From positions 396-64,395 of the forward strand of contig CAYPDK010000024.1 of NCBI GenBank assembly GCA_964409505.1: a DNA stretch of 64,000 nt, given 5' to 3'. Position numbers and translations under genes: made by a program. This document shows, one piece after another, positions 50,299 to 59,374 of this stretch (its first letter is position 1; each line of letters begins with the position of its first letter). This stretch comes from an uncultured Rickettsiaceae bacterium (GTDB taxonomy: Bacteria; Pseudomonadota; Alphaproteobacteria; Rickettsiales; Rickettsiaceae). The notes below the pieces were generated by a model. That model had not been told where the DNA came from, ran no database searches, and saw only the letters and a program-made list of their open reading frames with translations.

Positions 50299-52389
50299 TT
50301 ATTTGAGGATATGGTGAATTTCAAACTTAATATTAAGATCAGTTTTGTATTTTGTTAGATATAGTTCAAACATTTTTTTTGTAGGATATGTGTCTGATAA
50401 TGTTATGTTATAAATCATCTCTAGCACATCGTATTCTATATTATACGGAACGCAGAATATATTTATCATTATATGATCTACTAGCTTTAATATAGAATCT
50501 TTATCTAAAAAATAGGAAAAAAAATAATCGTATTTAGTTACGTATTGACAGAATTCATTTAATACTAAATCTTTAGAGTCATTTTTTAATTTCATTTGAC
50601 TATTTTGCTCTAGCAACCTTTGTATGTCTTGATACGAAGAAATACTTAATTGAGTATGATTTGTTTGAGCTTTAGGTATTTCTTGACTCACTTCACTGTT
50701 ACTTATATTAGGAAGTAGTAAAAAATTCTCATATTCGTTGCTATCTCTTTGATTACCAAGTGCTAAAGTTAGAGATTCATTATGAATGAAGCTTGAAAAT
50801 CTGATACCAGGTAATTTTTCTGAAAAAATTTTCTTTGTTGATCTAAAAAAACTATTCCATTCTAATATAATTAATCTCAATTTATAAAAATTAAACGTAT
50901 CTGAAATTTTATAACATTCTCTTACTAATTCTCCTGTAGAAAAAAACATAGTTATATTTCTACTGTAGAGTAATTCTGAAATTAGATTATAATTATCAGT
51001 TCTATGTACTATAAAACTTTTTATACCAAAAAATAAAGGTAATAAACTAAAAATTATACTATATCCAAAGCAAAAAAAATGAGTATTTAGCACTATATCA
51101 TAGTATCTTAAATCTAATTTAGATCTTACTTGTAGGATGTTTAGCTTTATTTCATAGTCTGAGATAGTACTTATATTGCTTTCTTTATATGGGGAGATAT
51201 AATAGTTGTTGTTCTCAAGGGAATTTTTGAGTAATTTACTTTTCAAAAATGTGCATTTAAAATATATATTCTCTATGAGATTTAAAAGAGTTTTTTTTTT
51301 AAAAATTCTAAATTTTGCCTCTTCTAGAAAGATAATTTGTACTTTATTCTCTTCGAGATATTTGATTAATTTTTCAAATTTGAGAGATTTTATGAAACTT
51401 TCTGAAGTTATTATTGACCCTATTTTATAATTAGATAAATTATCTATAATCCAATCTAGAGTTTTAGTATAATCTATTATAAATTTTGGCTTTTGTAGTA
51501 TAGTTAAAGCAAGAAAAATATATATATATTCAACAGAATTTGGAAGTAATATTAAAATATTCTCACTATTTAATAATTTTGTTTTGAAATATTGCGTATA
51601 CAGAATTGTTTTATTTATTATGTCTTGATATGAGAATAGTTGATATTTATCTCCTAAAATTTTCGTTTTTTTTCCGTATTTTTTTGAAGCGTATATGAGC
51701 TCTTTGAATATGTTATTATCTATGTCTAGTTCATATTTGCTAACAATCATATCACTCATTTTTTGATAGATTTGATTTGAAAGAATTTTTCTATTAGATT
51801 TTAAGTCTAGATTGGGATTTTTTATGAGGTTAAAAGGAGTGCCAATGTTAATATTTATTTTTTTTCTTATTATATTGTTTCTAAAACACTTATTTAATTT
51901 AGAAAAAACTATGAATTCTGTGCCAGATAACCTTATAGGTATAAGTGAGGCGTTAGATTTTTCTGCAAGTAAAGAGACTCCTTGATATATCTTCATTAAA
52001 GAGCCTGTAGTACTTGTTCTTCCTTCAGGAAAAATAATTATTTTTTTGCCTAATTCTATATGTTTATAGAGCCTGTTAAGAAACACTGGATTATTTGGAT
52101 CTATTGTAATAGTAGGGATTATTCTCAAAAAAGGTTTGATCCAAAAAATTTTCGAGATATGTGTATTAATTGCAAAGACTAATTCTTTATGTTGATAAGG
52201 GAGGAATAACGTCAATAGTACAGGATCTAAATAAGAACAATGGTTACATATTATTATAGATTTTTTGTTCTTATTTAGTAATAAATTACTCTTACCAGAT
52301 ATTTTAGTTCTATAAACAAGTGTTACTATAATCCTTATAATAAGAACAACAAGTCTTTTAATAAACAAAGAAAAAAGCTTACGTATCAA
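50299..52389 (-). CDS. Aas-like bifunctional protein: PlsC-type acyltransferase fused to a divergent adenylate-forming (acyl-ACP synthetase-like) domain
   Basis: 696 aa. N-terminal acyltransferase motifs NHCSYLD (HX4D) and FPEGRTS. The size and two-domain layout match Aas. I could not find the (T/S)SG(T/S)xGxPKG P-loop in the C-terminal domain. Confidence 0.65.
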   Translation of the reverse strand: MIRKLFSLFIKRLVVLIIRIIVTLVYRTKISGKSNLLLNKNKKSIIICNHCSYLDPVLLTLFLPYQHKELVFAINTHISKIFWIKPFLRIIPTITIDPNNPVFLNRLYKHIELGKKIIIFPEGRTSTTGSLMKIYQGVSLLAEKSNASLIPIRLSGTEFIVFSKLNKCFRNNIIRKKININIGTPFNLIKNPNLDLKSNRKILSNQIYQKMSDMIVSKYELDIDNNIFKELIYASKKYGKKTKILGDKYQLFSYQDIINKTILYTQYFKTKLLNSENILILLPNSVEYIYIFLALTILQKPKFIIDYTKTLDWIIDNLSNYKIGSIITSESFIKSLKFEKLIKYLEENKVQIIFLEEAKFRIFKKKTLLNLIENIYFKCTFLKSKLLKNSLENNNYYISPYKESNISTISDYEIKLNILQVRSKLDLRYYDIVLNTHFFCFGYSIIFSLLPLFFGIKSFIVHRTDNYNLISELLYSRNITMFFSTGELVRECYKISDTFNFYKLRLIILEWNSFFRSTKKIFSEKLPGIRFSSFIHNESLTLALGNQRDSNEYENFLLLPNISNSEVSQEIPKAQTNHTQLSISSYQDIQRLLEQNSQMKLKNDSKDLVLNEFCQYVTKYDYFFSYFLDKDSILKLVDHIMINIFCVPYNIEYDVLEMIYNITLSDTYPTKKMFELYLTKYKTDLNIKFEIHHILK

Positions 52390-52546
52390 TTCTATTTTGG
52401 TATAAATTTATTTTTATGAGTCCTACTCTTATAACAGAACTATAACAGAGAGCCAATTTGCTCTTTGTAGAATATATCTATGGGTTTCTAATTACTATTT
52501 TTTACAAAAAAACTAATTCATGTTTACAATTTTTTTAAATAAAACT

Positions 52547-54169
52547 CTAATTAATAGTTTTTGTATTAGACTTTGGATTTGACACAAGCCATATCATCAA
52601 TGGTATAAGAGCAACAAAGGCTATAGTTACAAATATATTGATTTTTATTAACGATAAAAATCCAGCCTCATAAATTGCTAACGATTCTGGCAGAGATAAA
52701 CCTTTTGGAACAGCAAACATTTGTCCTAAAAATATTCCCCCCAAATTTGACAAAGCAAGAAATAAAATATTAATTCCCATAAAGAACCCCTTTAAAGATT
52801 TTGGGGCTAGCTCAGTCGTTTTAGCAATAGTAAATGGAGAGATTAAAACTTCACCAATACTCATAATTACTACAGATGTAAAAGGGTAAATATAAGCGGA
52901 ATAACCCGCAAGGTCTGCATTTACGCAGCCAAGGTAAATGATTACAAAGTATATATTTACTGAAAGCAAAGCTAATAAAACTCTTAAGAAATCATATTTC
53001 TTGCCTAAATTATTTTTAAATATACCGCTTGAGAGAAAAATCCCAAAAGTCATCACAACAAAAGGGTTAATTGATTGTGACATTTCTCCAGGTATATTTA
53101 TTCCTAAAAAATTGTTATGAGTATGTCTTATAAAAAATAAATTAAATAAACTACCTGTTTGCATTTCATAAACGAAAAATACGAAATTGAAAAAAAAGAA
53201 TATAAATAGTAACATTACATTCTTTCTTTCTTGTTTTTTATCTAATGAAAATAAGAGATAGAACACAAAAAGGACTATAAGCGATATCAAAGATATTACT
53301 ATTAATTTCTTTGTACTGGTGCTTAAACTAGAAAAAAAATTTACTACTACCGTGCTTTCTTTAAGCAGTGTTGTTATCAATAACAATGTAATCACTACTC
53401 CAATAAATATAAGTACTTTTTTCCATATCAAGTTTTCTTTAGTAGCAACGCTTAATTTAGGAACTTCCCCGATTAATGCCTTTTTTTCTATCTTGTCAAA
53501 TAATTTTTTGTTGTATAGCAGTACCATTAATCCAATTAACATACCAAATCCAGCAAGTGCAAAAGCTACATGAGTTCCATAATATTCCTTACAAGCAACA
53601 CAAGCAGTAGTAGATAGAAAAGCTCCTAGATTTACTCCTACATAAAAAAGAGTAAAACCTGAATTTCTCTTTTTTTCTATTCTGCTATCAGTATCATAAA
53701 ATAGTCCAAGAATATTATTCATGTTTCCCTTAAAAAAACCTGTACCTACAGAGATCAAACCAAGTCCTAAGTATGTAAAATAATTATCTAGAAAGGATAC
53801 GGCAAGTGTACAATGACCTAAAAAAATAATGATCGCTCCTACAATAACAGATTGGCTGAACCCCCAAATTTTATCTGCAACAAAACCTCCTACCAAAGGA
53901 AGAAAATAACCCATCGATCCATATATAGAGAATAATGTATAGGCATCTGTATCTTCAAAATTTAAGAAGCTTATTAGGTAAACTACAAGTAAGGCTCTCA
54001 TTCCGTAATAACTGAACCTTTCCCACATTTCTATTAAGAATATAGAAACTAAAAATTTAGGTAAGAAAAATACTGTCTTTCTCTTAGAGGCCTCTATTAA
54101 ATCAAATTCGTCTTCTAGTTTTAGAGTCTCGTTCATCATTTTTTCATTGTTAAATAAAATATAACACAA
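52547..54169 (-). CDS. Proton-dependent oligopeptide transporter (POT/PTR2 family)
   Basis: Polytopic protein with the family signature EMWERFSYYGMRALLVVYL (ExxERFxYYG). The start may be the internal ATG at 54139 or 54136 (MMNETL). Confidence 0.85.
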   Translation of the reverse strand: MCYILFNNEKMMNETLKLEDEFDLIEASKRKTVFFLPKFLVSIFLIEMWERFSYYGMRALLVVYLISFLNFEDTDAYTLFSIYGSMGYFLPLVGGFVADKIWGFSQSVIVGAIIIFLGHCTLAVSFLDNYFTYLGLGLISVGTGFFKGNMNNILGLFYDTDSRIEKKRNSGFTLFYVGVNLGAFLSTTACVACKEYYGTHVAFALAGFGMLIGLMVLLYNKKLFDKIEKKALIGEVPKLSVATKENLIWKKVLIFIGVVITLLLITTLLKESTVVVNFFSSLSTSTKKLIVISLISLIVLFVFYLLFSLDKKQERKNVMLLFIFFFFNFVFFVYEMQTGSLFNLFFIRHTHNNFLGINIPGEMSQSINPFVVMTFGIFLSSGIFKNNLGKKYDFLRVLLALLSVNIYFVIIYLGCVNADLAGYSAYIYPFTSVVIMSIGEVLISPFTIAKTTELAPKSLKGFFMGINILFLALSNLGGIFLGQMFAVPKGLSLPESLAIYEAGFLSLIKINIFVTIAFVALIPLMIWLVSNPKSNTKTIN

Positions 54170-54231
54170 CTAAGAGCCAATTTTACAACAGTAAATAACT
54201 TTTTACAAGAGAGTTTTTTAAATTTTTGCTT

Positions 54232-55629
54232 TTATTTAAAATTTTTATTCAAGTAACTTGGGACGCAATATAAACATAAGGTTATTAGTAAAAAGCCAAA
54301 AATAACTTTAAAGTGATATGTAAATACTTTATTTTTGAAATCAAAAAATTCTCCAGAGAGTAAAAAAATTATCGTACAAAAAGATATAAGAGCAATTATT
54401 TTTAAGAAGGGCATGATGAAGACTCTTTTAGTTGTTGGGAAATCTATTCTTAATTTTATTACTATTAGCATGATGGTAAATGCATTCATAAGGCTGGAAA
54501 TGCTGGATAATTTAGCCAATTTTTCAATATCTAAGAGGAAAATTAACAAAATTACAATTAATCCAGAAATACATACAGCAATATATGGAATTTTGTATTT
54601 GTTTAACTTAAAGAAGAATTTTGGAATCAATTGGTCTTTTGCAACTGTGAACAAAATTCTTGAAAGTGCGAATAAGTTAAAAAATATAACACTTAATATG
54701 CTAAAGAACGCTCCAAAAGAAACAACAATAGCAAAAAATTTATAATTATATAATTGCATGACAAAAGATAAAATATTTGGCATGTTTAGATTCTTGTAGT
54801 GTGTAGATCCGGTTAATATAATTCCGACTGCAGAATATAGAATAATTGCTATTGAAATCGCTCCTATAGTACCTAGTGATAAATTTTTTTGTGGGTTTTT
54901 GCACTCTGAGGCTGTACTTGCGAGTAGAGAATATCCATTAAATGAATAATATAAAAAACTTGCTCCTGCGAATATACCCTTAATTCCAAAAGGAATAAAA
55001 TTTTCCCAATACACAGGGTTAAAGTGCTTTCCTATTACAAAGCAGAATAAAAAAATTACAAATATTTTAACACTAAAAAAAAGAAATGATATCTTTTTAC
55101 CTAAATTTGTTCCTAAACATAAAACACTCGTTAAAAAAAATATTATTAATAAGGCGAATAATTTTGCTTTTTCTATTTTTGTAAATGGAAAAAATAAAGT
55201 GTCGGAATTGACTCCTACAGATTCTAAAAACCCTAATAAATATCTAGCGCAGCCTAAAGTAGCGGAGGCTGCTGCAGTACTAAATTCTAAAAATATTACA
55301 AAAAAACTAATCCATGCAATAATTTCTCCAAAAGCAATGTAGGAATATGTATAAACTACGCCGGATGATGGAATCATAGATGCAAGTTCTATATACGCAA
55401 GTGCAGAGCAAAAAGACAATAAACCAGCAATAAGATATGAGAACATAATGGCAGGACCAGAATATTTAGCTGCTACAATTCCTGTAAACACAAAAACTCC
55501 TCCTCCAACAATACTCCCGACCCCAATTATAGTGATATCTAATGTTCCCAAACTTTTAGATAGTTCATTTTTAGAAGTAGTAGATTTTGCATCTTCTATT
55601 TTTTTTCTTTTAAAAAAATCTTTTTTCAT
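54232..55629 (-). CDS. Amino acid permease (APC superfamily)
   Basis: 465 aa, about 12 TM segments. The N-terminal pattern IIGVGSIVGGGVFVFTGIVAAKYSGPAIMFSYLIAGL...AYIELASMIPSSGVVYTYSY is typical of APC/CAT-type permeases. Confidence 0.85.
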   Translation of the reverse strand: MKKDFFKRKKIEDAKSTTSKNELSKSLGTLDITIIGVGSIVGGGVFVFTGIVAAKYSGPAIMFSYLIAGLLSFCSALAYIELASMIPSSGVVYTYSYIAFGEIIAWISFFVIFLEFSTAAASATLGCARYLLGFLESVGVNSDTLFFPFTKIEKAKLFALLIIFFLTSVLCLGTNLGKKISFLFFSVKIFVIFLFCFVIGKHFNPVYWENFIPFGIKGIFAGASFLYYSFNGYSLLASTASECKNPQKNLSLGTIGAISIAIILYSAVGIILTGSTHYKNLNMPNILSFVMQLYNYKFFAIVVSFGAFFSILSVIFFNLFALSRILFTVAKDQLIPKFFFKLNKYKIPYIAVCISGLIVILLIFLLDIEKLAKLSSISSLMNAFTIMLIVIKLRIDFPTTKRVFIMPFLKIIALISFCTIIFLLSGEFFDFKNKVFTYHFKVIFGFLLITLCLYCVPSYLNKNFK

Positions 55630-55686
55630 AGTTCATAGTTGTACTGTTAGTTTTTATGAATTAATTCAGAATTTAAAAATTATTAA

Positions 55687-56760
55687 TTAAGATATGTCAG
55701 ATGTAATCCATCCTCCGCCTAGAATTTGACTTTTTTTATATATAACACATCCTTGTCCTGGCGTAATTGCTTTTACAGGCTTTAGAAGTTCTACCAAAAT
55801 TTTTTTAGAATCTAACACAGTAATATATGATTCTAATTCTTCAGAAGTAGATCTAATTTTAACAGTAGATAAGTATTTTTTCTGGTTAATAATTGATTGA
55901 TCCAAAATATTTATGTTTTCAATAACGAATGTATTTTTAAATAAAGTAGATTCTGGGCCGACATGTATAACATTATTCTTGGCATCGATTTTATTTACGT
56001 ATAAAGGATATGGTAAAGAGCTAGGTATTCCTTTTCTTTGGCCTATGGTGTAATTATGTACACCGTCGTGCTCACCAAGTACATATCCGTCTGCGTGTAT
56101 CACTTTTCCTTTGAGAGCTTTTATAGATTTAGAGAAAAGATTTTTTGATAAAAAATTCCTATAATTTTTTTTTGGTATAAAACATATGTCTTGGCTATCT
56201 GGTTTCTCTGCTAAGTGTAGATTATATCTTTTGGCCATTGTTCTTGTTGTACTTTTAGAAAATTCTCCTAGAGGGAACCTTAGGTAATTTAATTGTTCTT
56301 GAGTAGTAGAAAATAAAAAATAACTTTGATCTTTTAGAGAATCTTTTGCTTTATGAAGCTCTATCATCCCATCTTTGCCTTGCAATCTTCTTACGTAGTG
56401 TCCTGTAGCTAGAGCTGTTGCTCCTAAATCTTGGGATACTTTTAATAAATCTCGGAATTTTACAGATTGGTTACATCTAACACAAGGTAGAGGGGTCTGT
56501 CCTCTCATATAAGAATTTACAAAATCATCTACAACATTTTCTGTAAACTCTTTTTGATAATTTAGTACGTAATGTTTTATACCTATCTTAGAAGCTACGC
56601 TTTTAGCGTCTTCTATGTCACTGCCACCACAACATGTACTAGATCCTTCTTCGAAATTATTCAATTTTAAAGTAATACCAATTACATCCTCCTTTTGCTC
56701 GTGAAGCATAGCGGCCACAACAGAACTATCTACTCCTCCAGACATTGCAACTACTATCAT
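55687..56760 (-). CDS. mnmA: tRNA-specific 2-thiouridylase
   Basis: The ORF extends to 56802, but the conserved N-terminus starts at ATG 56760 (MIVVAMSGGVDSSV, PP-loop). Also SYFL, CVRCN and GQRKG motifs. Confidence 0.93.
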   Translation of the reverse strand: MIVVAMSGGVDSSVVAAMLHEQKEDVIGITLKLNNFEEGSSTCCGGSDIEDAKSVASKIGIKHYVLNYQKEFTENVVDDFVNSYMRGQTPLPCVRCNQSVKFRDLLKVSQDLGATALATGHYVRRLQGKDGMIELHKAKDSLKDQSYFLFSTTQEQLNYLRFPLGEFSKSTTRTMAKRYNLHLAEKPDSQDICFIPKKNYRNFLSKNLFSKSIKALKGKVIHADGYVLGEHDGVHNYTIGQRKGIPSSLPYPLYVNKIDAKNNVIHVGPESTLFKNTFVIENINILDQSIINQKKYLSTVKIRSTSEELESYITVLDSKKILVELLKPVKAITPGQGCVIYKKSQILGGGWITSDIS

Positions 56761-57004
56761 AAAGAATTTGTTCTCAGTTTTTTTTATTAAAAGCAAGCAC
56801 AATTATATAAAGTTTTTTTAGTTAAGTAAATAATTAGTTATTTTTTATTGTTTTACATTGGATTGGATTTTTAATAGTTGGATATTTTAATTGATTTTTT
56901 TAAAGAATTAATAGTATATTACTTCTATAAACTGTAATAACTGATTTTAAAGGCCTTACATAATTATGAGTCTTGAGTTGTTTTTTACAGGTAATATAAA
57001 ATTT

Positions 57005-57081
57005 GGCGAGTGTAATTCAGTTGGTTAGAAATTCAGACTGTGACTCTGAAAGCGCCGGTTCAAGTCCGGTCATTCGCCCCA
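57005..57081 (+). tRNA. tRNA-His (anticodon GTG) with encoded G-1 and CCA
   Basis: Hand fold: G-1, acceptor GCGAGTG/CATTCGC, anticodon arm TCAGA-CTGTGAC-TCTGA, T arm GCCGG-TTCAAGT-CCGGT, discriminator C pairing with G-1, then CCA. Confidence 0.9.
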
Positions 57082-57126
57082 TATTATAAAGTTATTTTAT
57101 TCTTCAATATGACGATTCACTAAAAG

Positions 57127-58068
57127 ATGAAAGATTACCCTTTTGCACTTGAGCTTGATAAAATAGTAAAAATTTATGGTGACAAAAACAAAAAAAATTA
57201 TAAACTTGCACTAAATGACTTTACTCTAAAAGTACCAAGAGGAAAAATATTTGGACTCTTAGGGCCAAATGGAGCAGGTAAGTCAACAATGATCAATATT
57301 TTAGCAGGAATGGTTATAAAAACTTCTGGAGTGGCTAGAGTATTAGGAATTGATATAGATAAAAAACCTAAAACTGCAAGGACACTGATTGGAATTGTAC
57401 CTCAAGAAATATTAATGGATACATTTTTTCCTGTCAGGGATACCCTAGAGCTTAGTGCTGGATATTTTGGTGTTAGGCCTGAGAATAGAAAATCTGATGA
57501 AATTATAGATGCTCTTGGTCTTAGAGATAAAAAAAACAACACTCCTAAAGAGCTTTCTGGAGGTATGAGGAGAAGACTTCTAGTTGCAAAAGCAATGGTG
57601 CATTTCCCAGAAATACTTATTTTAGATGAGCCAACTGCAGGGGTCGATATACATCTTAGATCTCAGCTTTGGCAATATATTAGAATGCTTTCAAAAGAAC
57701 ATGGTAAAACAATCATTATTACAACTCATTATCTGCAAGAAGCACAGGAGCTGTGCGAAGAAGTAGCATTTATTGATGCAGGAAGGATTATACAACAAAA
57801 CTCAACTAAAAAAATGCTCCAAGATTTGGGATCGAGATACATAGTACTATCATTTCAAGATAAAATAGAGGATAAGACTATATATGCTCTAAATAAAAAG
57901 TGTAAGGTGGAAGAAAGTGGCTTTAATAAAATAAAAATTATTATTGAAGATTCAAAGCAGAATTTTAATGAATTAATACGAGAAATTGCTCAGATAGATC
58001 AAAAAATCACTAATCTTAATATTATAGAGCCAGACCTAGAAGAAGTTTTTCATAAGCTTATTAAATAA
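57127..58068 (+). CDS. ABC transporter ATP-binding protein (ABC-2/DrrA-like subfamily)
   Basis: 313 aa. Walker A GPNGAGKST, signature LSGGMRRRL, Walker B ILILDEPTAGVD, H-loop ITTHY. Confidence 0.9.
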   Translation: MKDYPFALELDKIVKIYGDKNKKNYKLALNDFTLKVPRGKIFGLLGPNGAGKSTMINILAGMVIKTSGVARVLGIDIDKKPKTARTLIGIVPQEILMDTFFPVRDTLELSAGYFGVRPENRKSDEIIDALGLRDKKNNTPKELSGGMRRRLLVAKAMVHFPEILILDEPTAGVDIHLRSQLWQYIRMLSKEHGKTIIITTHYLQEAQELCEEVAFIDAGRIIQQNSTKKMLQDLGSRYIVLSFQDKIEDKTIYALNKKCKVEESGFNKIKIIIEDSKQNFNELIREIAQIDQKITNLNIIEPDLEEVFHKLIK

Positions 58069-58083
58069 AAATTAGTACTAAGT

Positions 58084-58905
58084 ATGTATGAAATATTAAA
58101 AGACTTTTCCCTGTTACGTATAGAGGGTAAAAATGCTCAGATATTTGTTAACAGATTTACTACAAATGATTTAATTAATAATCAGTACTCTTACAATTTT
58201 TTTTTAAATAGCAAAGGAAGGTACTTGAGTGATAGTTTCATTTTTGTAGAAAATACTGATCTATTATTTCTAGAAACTCATAACTCTCAGAGAACAAGAT
58301 TAATAGAGCATTTAAATTTTTATAAATTAAATCAAAAAATTGAAATAACTGATCTCTCAAATTCATTTTTTATAATTTATTCTACAAATATGATTGAAAA
58401 AGACCTTGCTCTCTATTCAAAAAAAGATTCACGATATTATAAAATGTGCTTTAGATCTGCTGTGTATAGAGATAAAAGCTCTTCTATAGAAAAAAATAAT
58501 CTCTATGAAAAAGATTTGTATGTTCATGATAAATATCGGTACTCTATTATAGATGGATATTTGGATTTAATATACAATAAATCTATTCCGTTGGAGTTTG
58601 CAGGAGAGCAATTAAATGCTATTTCTTTTACTAAAGGTTGCTATTTGGGGCAGGAATTAATCTCTAGAGTAAAAACACAAGGAGTGATAAGAAAAAAAAT
58701 ATACCAAGTTATTTCAGATAAAGATATAACTTTTCTTGAAGTGCCATATGTTTTAAAGTATCAAGGTGAAAAAATTGGTTTACTTTGTTCTTATTATAAA
58801 AAATTAGCTATAGGATTAATGAATATTAACATATGGAACATGTGTGAGTGGATAGAAGATCCTAAAATCAGATTTAAAATAGAGAAACCTCCTTGGTTTG
58901 TATGA
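58084..58905 (+). CDS. ygfZ: YgfZ/GcvT-like folate-binding protein (Fe-S cluster maintenance)
   Basis: 273 aa. Family signature ISFTKGCYLGQELISR (K-G-C-Y-x-G-Q-E). Confidence 0.75.
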   Translation: MYEILKDFSLLRIEGKNAQIFVNRFTTNDLINNQYSYNFFLNSKGRYLSDSFIFVENTDLLFLETHNSQRTRLIEHLNFYKLNQKIEITDLSNSFFIIYSTNMIEKDLALYSKKDSRYYKMCFRSAVYRDKSSSIEKNNLYEKDLYVHDKYRYSIIDGYLDLIYNKSIPLEFAGEQLNAISFTKGCYLGQELISRVKTQGVIRKKIYQVISDKDITFLEVPYVLKYQGEKIGLLCSYYKKLAIGLMNINIWNMCEWIEDPKIRFKIEKPPWFV

Positions 58906-58935
58906 GCTTATCAATATTTTTTTAACTCTAAAGTT

Positions 58936-59166
58936 TTATTGTTCGTTTACATTATCTATTGCTTTTTGAATCTTATCTTTTGGCATATTTGATCCTCTTG
59001 CATCTTCTATGGCTTTGCGTAATCTTGGATTATTATTCGAATCCTTTCCTCCTAATTTTACTGCAGAAGAAATTTCTCTTGTTAATTTAGTAAATAACTT
59101 TGCTCTTTTTTGATCTTGAGCATTTTTTCTATGTTTTATGTTCTTTGCTTTAGAGTGTCCTGCCAT
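58936..59166 (-). pseudogene. YebC/PmpR-family gene reduced to its N-terminal domain (76 codons)
   Basis: [70 protein letters not shown] matches the first ~75 residues of the ~240-250 aa YebC family. The stop is at 58936, and only 30 nt separate it from the convergent ygfZ, so the remaining two thirds are absent. Confidence 0.55.
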
Positions 59167-59374
59167 TTTTTATAAAATTTTTAGTTAAAATACATCAATC
59201 AAATTTATTGTTAGTGCTGTTTGAGAGACATATGTATAAAACTTTGAAATATTTTTATGTTTAAACTCTTTGTTTGTATTTATCTGCATTTATGTGTAGT
59301 AAAATTCCATTTGGGTGAAACTTTAAGAAATCATTTTATTAAATTAGTTATTTACTTTATATATTAGAGAATAT

